Shown here one piece after another: positions 24,135 to 35,938 of a stretch of DNA of 64,000 bases; position 1 is the first letter of the stretch, and each line of letters opens with the position of its first letter. The stretch covers positions 372,062,001 through 372,126,000 of the forward strand of contig NC_091283.1 in NCBI RefSeq assembly GCF_032444005.1. Direction: 5' to 3'. Under the pieces are notes generated by a model that was not told the DNA's origin, made no database searches, and saw only the letters and a program-made list of their open reading frames with translations. Source of the DNA: Ranitomeya imitator. Lineage: Eukaryota. The position numbers were made by a program, and so were the translations under genes.

Positions 24135-26327
24135 TTGGTTTTCAAACTTATGTACCATCAGCCCTCGATTGTCGACTCTTTGCCACATGATGAGAGACAG
24201 GTTTTTAGTGATCTTATACAACTCCTGGAGGAAAACGAACTCCCAGTCACCCGAGATGGCCAGAAGTCTTGGCATTTGCCCTCGCAGATCACGCCATCAT
24301 TTGCAGTATCTCCCTCTATCCAAATCTTCTATAATATGGTAAGTCCGGATGTAGCTAGACTCCAGCTCAACAAACATCAAGGTGAAAACTTGGGAGTGGG
24401 AGATAGACAGATTCTGGCCAGGCTTAAAGAGAACTCGTCCTTCATTATAAAGGAGGCGGATAAGGGTGGGAACATTGTCCTTTGGCCTATTGATATGTAC
24501 CTGAAAGAGGCTAGGCGTCAACTAAGTGATGCCAAATGTTATCAAGTTCTGCCTTCTGATCCTACAGGTATTTTCAAGAAGAAGTTGGATCGCCTTCTTA
24601 CTTCCGCTAAGCATAACAATATCTTGGACAATAGGGAATTCAAGTTCCTGACCACGGAGTCCCCGATCGTTCCCACTTTGTATTTTCTACCGAAAATTCA
24701 TAAATCAATTCAGGAACCACCGGGTAGGCCAATTGTGGTGGGTATTGGCGGTCTGTATGAGAGGCCTTGCACCTATTTGGATCATTTTTTGCAACCGCTT
24801 GTTTTCCATCTAGGTTCCTACATCCAGGATACCTCTCATCTGATTCGGCAGCTGCAAGATTTAACGGTTCCAAACAACACCATTCTTGTCACGATGGATG
24901 TTACATCATTATACACCTGCATTGGACATACGTTGGGCATTGAGGCGGTTTCATTCTTTTTGAATCAGCAGATTACAGGTGATCGGAGACATCAGTCTTT
25001 CATTTTGGATCTTTTGTCCTTTGTTTTGTCCAACAGCTATTTTGTATTCGATAGGACATTTTATAAGCAGATCATTGGCACAGCTATGGGCGCCCGTTGT
25101 GCGCCCTCCTATGCCAACCTTTTCATGGGTTGGTGGGAGGAAACACAGGTGCGCCCCCTTCTGGATTTCAATAGCCACGTTTTACGTTGGTTTCGATATA
25201 TTGATGATCTGTTTTTCCTATGGACGGGCTCTGAAACTGATTGTAGGGATTTCATTACCAAATTGAACAGTAATGGACTGAATATCTCCCTAACAGCTTG
25301 TTTATCTACGACATCAGTTGATTTCTTGGACCTGAAGGTCATGAAGGTTGGCAACCAGATTCAAACAAAAATTTTTCGTAAGACTACGGCTACAAACAAC
25401 TTCCTTCATTTTTCAAGTTTTCACCCTCAACATTTACGTGACAATCTTCCAAAAGGACAATTCTTGAGGGTGAGACGTAACTGTAGTTCAGACTTAGATT
25501 TTCGTGAAGGGGCACATGACCTTACCAATCGTTTGTCTAAAAGGGGGTACCCGCGTAAGACCATAGCACGTGCCTTCGAACATTCACGAAATAGCAACAG
25601 ATTGAGTCTTCTAGAGCCTAAGGCCCCTAAAGATATGCCAACTATTAATCTTATCACGGCATATAATAATCAGTGGCGGGATGTTCACAATATTCTGGAC
25701 AAACATTGGGGGATATTATTGAATGAAGCCAAGTTGAGGCCCTTCCTTTCAGATAGACCAAGAGTTATTGCCAGGAGGGCCAAGAACTTCAAAGATTTTC
25801 TCACCACTAGCCATTTTAGAAGGCCCACTGTGTGTTTGGGATCAGGAAGCAGAATTAAGGGAACATTCCCATGTGGTAACTGTAACGTGTGTCCTTATAT
25901 GGTTGCCACTGATTCTCTGACTCTGTCAATTTTTCCAGGAGAACTGAAAACAAAGACATACTCCAACTGCAGATCGAGGAACTTGGTCTATGTACTGATT
26001 TGTTCCTGTCCAAAGCTGTATGTCGGACAGACAACCCAGGAGGTCAGACGGAGGGTCCAACAGCATATGTCCAACATTGCTAATGCTAAGGCGGACAGTG
26101 CAAAGGCAAAAACAATCTCATCTGTTGCTTCCCACTTTATGGAACATCATAATAGCAGGCATCATGGAATGCGGATTATGGTGGTGGACCAAGTCTTGGG
26201 TAATATCCGTGGAGGGGATCTTACTAAGGAACTCCTACGACGAGAGTCACGTTGGATCTACAACTTAAAAAGCATATCACCAAATGGACTAAATGAAGAA
26301 CTTTTGTTCACTGGCTTTTATGCCTAA
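24135..26327 (+). CDS. PLE-A reverse transcriptase plus GIY-YIG endonuclease (5'-truncated, otherwise open, about 730 aa)
   Basis: IIKEADKGG, YFLPKIHK...PPGRPIV, TMDVTSLYT, GTAMGARCAPSYANLF, WFRYIDD, then CGNCNVC...NCRSRNLVYVLICSCPKLYVGQT...LLRRESRWIYNL...GLN. Confidence 0.93.
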   Translation: MVFKLMYHQPSIVDSLPHDERQVFSDLIQLLEENELPVTRDGQKSWHLPSQITPSFAVSPSIQIFYNMVSPDVARLQLNKHQGENLGVGDRQILARLKENSSFIIKEADKGGNIVLWPIDMYLKEARRQLSDAKCYQVLPSDPTGIFKKKLDRLLTSAKHNNILDNREFKFLTTESPIVPTLYFLPKIHKSIQEPPGRPIVVGIGGLYERPCTYLDHFLQPLVFHLGSYIQDTSHLIRQLQDLTVPNNTILVTMDVTSLYTCIGHTLGIEAVSFFLNQQITGDRRHQSFILDLLSFVLSNSYFVFDRTFYKQIIGTAMGARCAPSYANLFMGWWEETQVRPLLDFNSHVLRWFRYIDDLFFLWTGSETDCRDFITKLNSNGLNISLTACLSTTSVDFLDLKVMKVGNQIQTKIFRKTTATNNFLHFSSFHPQHLRDNLPKGQFLRVRRNCSSDLDFREGAHDLTNRLSKRGYPRKTIARAFEHSRNSNRLSLLEPKAPKDMPTINLITAYNNQWRDVHNILDKHWGILLNEAKLRPFLSDRPRVIARRAKNFKDFLTTSHFRRPTVCLGSGSRIKGTFPCGNCNVCPYMVATDSLTLSIFPGELKTKTYSNCRSRNLVYVLICSCPKLYVGQTTQEVRRRVQQHMSNIANAKADSAKAKTISSVASHFMEHHNSRHHGMRIMVVDQVLGNIRGGDLTKELLRRESRWIYNLKSISPNGLNEELLFTGFYA

Positions 26328-27790
26328 CTCACATTTAGGAATGGCAAGTTACCTGGTGGTCTCTTTTGAGTCTGACATCCATCGTAATATAGAGGAATGT
26401 ATTGTCTTATGTGTACTTAGGCTAGCTGGCTTTTTTACCTAGTGGCTCACCCTATATCACAGTACCATGTGGCATTCAGTGGTGTCTCACCCATATTCAA
26501 AGAATGACAGGTTTTTTTGGTGGTCCTTTAGATTCGGCCTCCATCATAAAACAGTGGAATGTACTGTCTTCTGTATACTTAGGACAATTAGTATTTCTAC
26601 CTAGTGATTTATTTTATATCACAGTACCATATGGCATCTGGTGGCTTCAGAGTCTGTATTTTTTGCCTTTCATGTTATTGCTTTGTCTATCGGGCTCAAT
26701 TGACTTGGCTTCTGTCTTACATCTCTGATTGGGTTTTGGTGCTTTATGTGAATAGGAGATCTATCATGGTACCTTATAGTACTAAGTGCATCACCCCTTC
26801 GCATATGTTTATTTTATTTTATTTATTTTTTCATATGTTTTCATATATTTTTACATTGCCTACAGCTGTGGTCGTTTGGTGTTCTGTTTATATTCTTCTA
26901 GCTAAGATCGACGGGCATATATGTGGACGAATTTGCACTTTGGTCTTGTGTATAGTTATGTTCACACTATACCTACAATAAATATATATATATGCGTTAT
27001 TTAGGTTATTCTCGATCATTGCATATATCTTTTCATTTTATTATTCTTTAGGTCATTTTGCTTACTTTGTTTATTTTGCTAATCTCTTTATAGTTTATAT
27101 TTATAAAGTGTCTCATAGTGTGTTGGTAAATGCAGTGGTCTTGCTGTCACATTTTGGACTACGCCGCTCAAAATTATGTTTGTACTGTATCATTCTCTCC
27201 TTCTGGCTTATGCCTTAGTGTACCAGTGCCACTTTTTTCTCCATATACATGCGGGGCTGTGTCTATCAATGGGGTTGTAATCTAAATACAGCGTCTATCA
27301 ATGGGGGTGTGATCTAAGTGTAGCGTCTACCTGATTCCATTTGTGTGCTATTGGGTCCTGTGCAGCGGTACATCCTGGGACCGCCCTCTGGATGGCGTTG
27401 CGCTTTCTTGTACAGCATAGTCCTAGTACACAGGCGCACTTCAGTCCACCACTGGTCTGCTGAAGAGTAGCCGAGGTGCGCTTGCACAGATTTGCGGTAC
27501 CTAGTGCGCATGCCCGGGTCTGGTCACTACACAAGCCTCATCCGCTATGCGTTGTTACTCAGAGTGACCGGGGCGTGCCTACATGGTGCTCAGCACGCAT
27601 GCCCGGATTATCACGCAACTTTATTTGTTATGCGCCGGTATCTAGGACCAACAATAACAATATGGCCGCTACCATCTGGCTCCATGTGCCCCCCCTGCTG
27701 CCGCTCTCTCACAGGTGAACTCCATCTAATTGTTTCATGATTGTATATATAGCTTTACTGAGTACTTCACACAATATGCTGCTATTCTTT

Positions 27791-27829
27791 CCCTGAGGAA
27801 GCCGCCATAGTCGCGGCGATACGCGTGGG
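27791..27829 (+). ncRNA. Hammerhead-like motif in the PLE-A 3' UTR (A14 to U change)
   Basis: ccCTGAGGA-A-GCCGC-catagtc-GCGGC-GATACGCGT-ggg: perfect stem II, GATAC in place of GAAAC. Confidence 0.6.
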
Positions 27830-29112
27830 TTCGCACCCCACATCCCCTCCTCCCTCTCTCGTCTCTCTCCCCTTTACTCAGCTTGTCTTGGGGTCCTGAT
27901 TCATTGCATGTCAGCGGCTCCTTTTAGGCACAGGTATATGATGCTCTATTCAGGCATGTACAGGTCCTTCTCAAAAAATTAGCATATAGTGTTAAATTTC
28001 ATTATTTACCATAATGTAATGATTACAATTAGAGTTGAGCGACCTTGACCTTTTTAGAGTCGAGCCGGGTTTTGCGAAACCCGACTATGTCCAAAGTCGG
28101 GTCGAGTGAAATCGGCCGATTATGACGTAAAGTCGGGATCGACCGAAACACGAAACCCAATGCAAGTCAATGGGGCAGCATAGTCGGCAGTGAGTGGGGG
28201 CCAGGAAAACACCTAGAGTGGCCATTTTAATGTCAAAACCATCCATTCTTCTTAATGAAGCTTGTCAAGCGTAATTTACCTTATAATAATTGGAAGGCAT
28301 TTGAAATTGGGGGTCATTTGGCTAAAGTTGTGGGGGGTAGGGCTGGTTCAAGTAATTAGTGGGCCCAGGAAATCTGGACCACGTCACGGCAGTGGAGCAG
28401 GGAGAGGTAAGTATTTCAACTTTGCAAGTGCTGTGAACCTGAGCAAGCAGGGGGGGCCCACTCGTTGGCATTGGCACTGGCACAGGGCCCCTCAAAGTAC
28501 AGCGGTGTGTTTGCACGGCGGGGGCGCCTCCCACCGGCAGCAACACTTTTGCGTACTATGAGAGGCCCTGTGCCAGTGACGTCGCCAACTAGTATTCCTC
28601 CCCCCACCTGATGAAGGAACCTGCACTTTCATCTGCACCTTCCTCTTTGTCCCCGTGTAAGGTGGTATGGTATGCGGGAAGAGCAACCTGACTTTCAGCA
28701 GGGTCACAATGTTGTTGTGTAGCGTGCACGGGGAATGTTGCGTTATGGGTCAATGTACCAGCAGACTCATCTATCACTGGCTGGGCAATGGGCACGATGA
28801 AGTGGAAACACAGATATAGGCCCAAAGAAGAAAGTGGGCTAAATGCAGTTCAAAATTGGTAACACAGGAATAACCAGGGGGCATTGCAGTGGAGGACAAC
28901 TGGAATGAGAGGCTGACACAGAGAGTAGGGCCAAATCAGTAAGTAGTCGAAATGCAGTTCAAAATTGGCAACCGTAGTAAACAGGCGGCACAGCTTTGTT
29001 CAGTGGAGGAGAACAGCAAGGAGTGGCAGACACCGATAGTAGGCCCCAAACCAACTAGTACGCCAAATGCAGTTGTTCCATTTAACCACAATTTAATGAG
29101 AGCCTGAAGATA

Positions 29113-30326
29113 GAAGCTCAGGAAAGGCAACCTGGGGAACACCTTGGAGTGTAACACACCATCTCTCTCCACCCCATACCCATTTTGTATGGCCTAATGC
29201 AGTGTACTTTTCTACAACTACTAAACGAGAGTCGGAAGACCGAAGCAATGGCAAGGAAACCTGGGGAACACCTTAGAGTGTAACACACCCTCTCTCTACA
29301 CCCCATACCCAATTTGAAGGCCTAATGCAGTGTAGTTTCCAAGAACTACTAAACGAGAGCCGGAAGATCGAAGCTCAGGAAAGGCAACCTGGGGAACACC
29401 TTGGAGTGTAACACACCCTCTCGCTACACCCCATACCCAATTTGAAGGCCTAATGCAGCGTAGTTTCCAACAACTACTAAACGAGAGCCGGAAGATCGAA
29501 GCTCAGGAAAGGCAACCTGGGGAACACCTTGGAGTGTAACAAACCCTCTCTCTACACCCCATACCCAATTTGTAGGCCTAATGCAGCGTAGTTTCCGACA
29601 ACTACTAAACGAGAGCATGAAGATCGAAGCTCAGGAAAGGCAACCTGGGGAACACCTTGGAGTGTAACACACCCTCTCTCTACACCCCATACCCAATTTG
29701 TAGGCCTAATGCAGCGTAGTTTCCGACAACTACTAAACGAGAGCCGGAATATCGAAGCTCAGGAAAGGCAACCTGGGGAACACCTTGGAGTGTAACACAC
29801 CCTCTCTCTACGCCCCATACCCAATTTGTAGGCCTAATGCAGCGTAGTTTCCGACAACTACTAAACGAGAGCCGGAATATCGAAGCTCAGGAAAGGCAAC
29901 CTGGGGAACACCTTGGAGTGTAACACACCCTCTCTCTACACCCCATACCCAATTTGAAGGCCTAATGCAGTGCAGTTTCCAAGAACTACTAAACGAGAGC
30001 CGGAAGATCGAAGCTCAGGAAAGGCAACCTGGGGAACACCTTGGAGTGTAACACACCCTCTCGCTACACCCCATACCCAATTTGAAGGCCTAATGCAGCG
30101 TAGTTTCCAACAACTACTAAACGAGAGCCGGAAGATCGAAGCTCAGGAAAGGCAACCTGGGGAACACCTTGGAGTGGAACACACCATCTCTCTACACCCC
30201 ATACCCAATTTGAAGGCCTAATGCAGAGTAGTTTCCAAGAACTACTAAACGAGAGCCGGAAGATCGAAGCTCAGGAAAGGCAACCTGGGGAACACCTTGG
30301 AGTGTAACACAACGTCTCTCTACACG
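29113..30326. repeat. 128-bp tandem array (about 9.5 copies) inside the hAT
   Basis: gaagctcaggaaaggcaacctggggaacacc recurs at 29370, 29498, 29626, 29754, 29882, 30010, 30138 and 30266. Confidence 0.95.
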
Positions 30327-30774
30327 ACGGAAGGGCTGATTCTTAGGAAGGAAGGCTGTTGGAAATAAGCATTGCGCGTCCGAGGGTGATTATATTCTTA
30401 TTAGGTATATACTCACCCTCGGACGCGCCCTGCTTCTTTATTTGGAATGAATGTTTATTTGCAATGTGGTGTTGACTTTCTCTATTATTTTGGTAATTAA
30501 TGATTTTATTATTTTCATTATTTTGCATCTTCTCGGCAATAATATAAAGAAGACGCGACAGGACAACACTCGGTGGATGCCATATGTGTGTTTTCAATTT
30601 AAAAAAACTTTCAGTTAACTACTTGCAGGAGAAAGTAATTGTAGCTGGTGGCCATTTTTAGTACTGTACCAGATTAGAGTTGTGTGTTTGTTTTTAATGT
30701 TAAAATGTCTGCATTTGATATCTCACCAGTATTTTCTTTTTTATAAGCAAAATACTTATTTTTATATTTTCTGA

Positions 30775-33700
30775 TGTTGGTTCCAGGGGTACACGGCCAG
30801 CAGTGCCCTGGTCAGTGTAGTAGTAGTTGAAAGAATGGACCGCAGACAGGCATCGAAGGCCTAAAATAATAACACATGGCTGTAGGCAATTTTAAATTGG
30901 TTCCAGGGGTACACGGACAGCAGTGGTGTGGTCAGTGGAGGCCTAGTGGAAGGAGTGACCGCAGACAGGCATCGAAGGCCTAAAATAATAACACATGGCT
31001 GTAGGCAATTTTAAATTGGTTCCAGGGGTACACGGGCAGCAGTGACCTGGTCAGTGTAGTAGTAGTTGAAAGAATGGACCGCAGACAGGCATCGAAGGCC
31101 TAAAATAAAAAAATTGGGCTGGCTGTAGGCAATTTTAAATTGGTTCCAGGGGTACACGGGCAGCAGTGGTGTGGTCAGTGGAGGCCTAGTGGAAGGAGTG
31201 ACCGCAGACAGGCATCGAAGGCCTAAAATAATAACACATGGCTGTAGGCAATTTTAAATTGGTTCCAGGGGTACACGGGCAGCAGTGACCTGGTCAGTGT
31301 AGTAGTAGTTGAAAAAATGGACCGCAGACAGGCATCGAAGGCCTAAAATAAAAAAATTGGGCTGGCTGTAGGCAATTTTAAATTGGTTCCAGGGGTACAC
31401 GGACAGCAGTGGTGTGGTCAGTGGAGGCCTAGTGGAAGGAGTGACCGCAGACAGGCATCGAAGGCCTAAAATAATAACACATGGCTGTAGGCAATTTTAA
31501 ATTGGTTCCAGGGGTACACGGACAGCAGTGGTGTGGTCAGTGGAGGCCTAGTGGAAGGAGTGACCGCAGACAGGCATCGAAGGCCTAAAATAATAACACA
31601 TGGCTGTAGGCAATTTTAAATTGGTTCCAGGGGTACACGGACAGCAGTGGTGTGGTCAGTGGAGGCCTAGTGGAAGGAGTGACCGCAGACAGGCATCGAA
31701 GGCCTAAAATAATAACACATGGCTGTAGGCAATTTTAAATTGGTTCCAGGGGTACACGGACAGCAGTGACCTGGTCAGTGTAGTAGTAGTTGAAAGAATG
31801 GACCGCAGACAGGCATCGAAGGCCTAAAATAAAAAAATTGGGCTGGCTGTAGGCAATTTTAAATTGGTTCCAGGGGTACACGGGCAGCAGTGGTGTGGTC
31901 AGTGGAGGCCTAGTGGAAGGAGTGACCGCAGACAGGCATCGAAGGCCTAAAATAATAACACATGGCTGTAGGCAATTTTAAATTGGTTCCAGGGGTACAC
32001 GGACAGCAGTGGTGTGGTCAGTGGAGGCCTAGTGGAAGGAGTGACCGCAGACAGGCATCGAAGGCCTAAAATAATAACACATGGCTGTAGGCAATTTTAA
32101 ATTGGTTCCAGGGGTACACGGACAGCAGTGACCTGGTCAGTGTAGTAGTAGTTGAAAGAATGGACCGCAGACAGGCATCGAAGGCCTAAAATAAAAAAAT
32201 TGGGCTGGCTGTAGGCAATTTTAAATTGGTTCCAGGGGTACACGGACAGCAGTGGTGTGGTCAGTGGAGGCCTAGTGGAAGGAGTGACCGCAGACAGGCA
32301 TCGAAGGCCTAAAATAATAACACATGGCTGTAGGCAATTTTAAATTGGTTCCAGGGGTACACGGACAGCAGTGGTGTGGTCAGTGGAGGCCTAGTGGAAG
32401 GAGTGACCGCAGACAGGCATCGAAGGCCTAAAATAATAACACATGGCTGTAGGCAATTTTAAATTGGTTCCAGGGGTACACGGACAGCAGTGACCTGGTC
32501 AGTGTAGTAGTAGTTGAAAGAATGGACCGCAGACAGGCATCGAAGGCCTAAAATAAAAAAATTGGGCTGGCTGTAGGCAATTTTAAATTGGTTCCAGGGG
32601 TACACGGACAGCAGTGGTGTGGTCAGTGGAGGCCTAGTGGAAGGAGTGACCGCAGACAGGCATCGAAGGCCTAAAATAATAACACATGGCTGTAGGCAAT
32701 TTTAAATTGGTTCCAGGGGTACACGGACAGCAGTGGTGTGGTCAGTGGAGGCCTAGTGGAAGGAGTGACCGCAGACAGGCATCGAAGGCCTAAAATAATA
32801 ACACATGGCTGTAGGCAATTTTAAATTGGTTCCAGGGGTACACGGGCAGCAGTGACCTGGTCAGTGTAGTAGTAGTTGAAAAAATGGACCGCAGACAGGC
32901 ATCGAAGGCCTAAAATAAAAAAATTGGGCTGGCTGTAGGCAATTTTAAATTGGTTCCAGGGGTACACGGACAGCAGTGGTGTGGTCAGTGGAGGCCTAGT
33001 GGAAGGAGTGACCGCAGACAGGCATCGAAGGCCTAAAATAATAACACATGGCTGTAGGCAATTTTAAATTGGTTCCAGGGGTACACGGACAGCAGTGGTG
33101 TGGTCAGTGGAGGCCTAGTGGAAGGAGTGACCGCAGACAGGCATCGAAGGCCTAAAATAATAACACATGGCTGTAGGCAATTTTAAATTGGTTCCAGGGG
33201 TACACGGACAGCAGTGACCTGGTCAGTGTAGTAGTAGTTGAAAGAATGGACCGCAGACAGGCATCGAAGGCCTAAAATAAAAAAATTGGGCTGGCTGTAG
33301 GCAATTTTAAATTGGTTCCAGGGGTACACGGGCAGCAGTGGTGTGGTCAGTGGAGGCCTAGTGGAAGGAGTGACCGCAGACAGGCATCGAAGGCCTAAAA
33401 TAATAACACATGGCTGTAGGCAATTTTAAATTGGTTCCAGGGGTACACGGACAGCAGTGGTGTGGTCAGTGGAGGCCTAGTGGAAGGAGTGACCGCAGAC
33501 AGGCATCGAAGGCCTAAAATAATAACACATGGCTGTAGGCAATTTTAAATTGGTTCCAGGGGTACACGGACAGCAGTGACCTGGTCAGTGTAGTAGTAGT
33601 TGAAAGAATGGACCGCAGACAGGCATCGAAGGCCTAAAATAAAAAAATTGGGCTGGCTGTAGGCAATTTTAAATTGGTTCCAGGGGTACACGGACAGCAG

Positions 33701-35475
33701 TGGTGTGGTCAGTGGAGGCCTAGTGGAAGGAGTGACCGCAGACAGGCATCGAAGGCCTAAAATAATAACACATGGCTGTAGGCAATTTTAAATTGGTTCC
33801 AGGGGTACACGGACAGCAGTGGTGTGGTCAGTGGAGGCCTAGTGGAAGGAGTGACCGCAGACAGGCATCGAAGGCCTAAAATAATAACACATGGCTGTAG
33901 GCAATTTTAAATTGGTTCCAGGGGTACACGGACAGCAGTGACCTGGTCAGTGTAGTAGTAGTTGAAAGAATGGACCGCAGACAGGCATCGAAGGCCTAAA
34001 ATAAAAAAATTGGGCTGGCTGTAGGCAATTTTAAATTGGTTCCAGGGGTACACGGACAGCAGTGGTGTGGTCAGTGGAGGCCTAGTGGAAGGAGTGACCG
34101 CAGACAGGCATCGAAGGCCTAAAATAATAACACATGGCTGTAGGCAATTTTAAATTGGTTCCAGGGGTACACGGACAGCAGTGGTGTGGTCAGTGGAGGC
34201 CTAGTGGAAGGAGTGACCGCAGACAGGCATCGAAGGCCTAAAATAATAACACATGGCTGTAGGCAATTTTAAATTGGTTCCAGGGGTACACGGACAGCAG
34301 TGACCTGGTCAGTGTAGTAGTAGTTGAAAGAATGGACCGCAGACAGGCATCGAAGGCCTAAAATAAAAAAATTGGGCTGGCTGTAGGCAATTTTAAATTG
34401 GTTCCAGGGGTACACGGGCAGCAGTGACCTGGTCAGTGTAGTAGTAGTTGAAAGAATGGACCGCAGACAGGTTTAGAAGGCCTAACATAACAAACTTGGG
34501 CTGGCTGTAGGCACTTTTAAATTGGTTCCAGGGGTACACGGGCAGCAGTGGTCTGGTCAGTGGAAGTCTAGTGGAAGGAGTGACCGCAGACAGGCTTCCA
34601 AGGCCTAACATAACAAACTTGGGCTGGCTGTAGGCACTTTTAAATTGGTTCCAGGGGTACACGGGCAGCAGTGGTCTGGTCAGTGGAAGTCTAGTGGAAG
34701 GAGTGACCGCAGACAGGCTTCCAAGGCCTAACATAACAAACTTGGGCTGGCTGTAGGCACTTTTAAATTGGTTCCAGGGGTACACGGGCAGCAGTGGTCT
34801 GGTCAGTGGAAGTCTAGTGGAAGGAGTGACCGCAGACAGGCTTCCAAGGCCTAACATAACAAACTTGGGCTGGCTGTAGGCACTTTTAAATTGGTTCCAG
34901 GGGTACACGGGCAGCAGTGGTCTGGTCAGTGGAAGTCTAGTGGAAGGAGTGACCGCAGACAGGCTTCCAAGGCCTAACATAACAAACTTGGGCTGGCTGT
35001 AGGCACTTTTAAATTGGTTCCAGGGGTACACGGGCAGCAGTGGTCTGGTCAGTGGAAGTCTAGTGGAAGGAGTGACCGCAGACAGGCTTCCAAGGCCTAA
35101 CATAACAAACTTGGGCTGGCTGTAGGCACTTTTAAATTGGTTCCAGGGGTACATGGGCAGCAGTGGTCTGGTCAGTGGAAGTCTAGTGGAAGGAGTGACC
35201 GCAGACAGGCTTCGAAGGCCTAACATAACAAAATTGGGCTGGCTGTAGGCACTTTAAATTGGTTCCAGGGGTACATGGGCAGCAGTGTATGGTCAGTGGA
35301 AGTCTAGTGGAAGGAGTGACGGCAGACAGTCTTCGAAGGCCTAACATAACAAAATTGGGCTGACTGTAGGCACTTTTAAATTGGTTCCAGGGTAACACGG
35401 CCAGCAGTGGCCTGGTCAGTGTAGTAGTTGTAGAAAGAAGGGACCGCAGACAGGCTTCGAAGGCCTAACATAACA
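30775..35475. repeat. 119/124/123-bp satellite (about 39 monomers) with a 362-bp higher-order repeat, inside the hAT
   Basis: B monomers (cagcagtgacctgg) at 31761, 32123, 32485, 32847, 33209, 33571, 33933 and 34295, each separated by two 119-bp A monomers. 123-bp C monomers follow from about 34540. Confidence 0.97.
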
Positions 35476-35938
35476 AAAATGTCAAAACAATGGTATTGTC
35501 AGTGCCAGGCATTGAAGGATGTCAGCGGCTAGACTACACATTGGTGAAGCTGTGAGAGATAATTTTGCTAGTGGTAGAGCACTGTTTGAGCTGGGGGGGG
35601 GGAACTGTCTTGTGGCCGGCGGTACAGGCACAGGGCCCCTCATATTACAACGGTGTGTCTGACGTTGGGTGCGCACCACCACCGCCAGAGACACTTTATT
35701 GTACTATGAGGGACCCAGTGGCAGTGCCGTCGACCAAAAGCGGCCACACCCACCTCTTCAGACAAACAGCACTCTCAAGGGTCCAAGCGCAAAGTGGCGA
35801 TAGCACGGCCCCGTGTGGGGAGTTTGGCCATTTCGTGAGGTGGAAACATGTCGTATGCTGGACAATCAGGTGAAGAAAATTACGAGATTGGAAAAGTCAT
35901 TCAGAATAGTCCACAGGCAAGACCTTTTCATAGGAAAG

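Noticed and set aside
34393-35226. 277-aa ORF with a 41-aa repeat
   Set aside because: It is the translation of the 123-bp C satellite monomer (divisible by 3, stop-free by chance). There are no domain features.
30775-35475. CRISPR-like look (constant blocks with alternating variable blocks)
   Set aside because: The variable parts are only two or three recurring types rather than unique spacers, there are no cas genes, and the context is eukaryotic.
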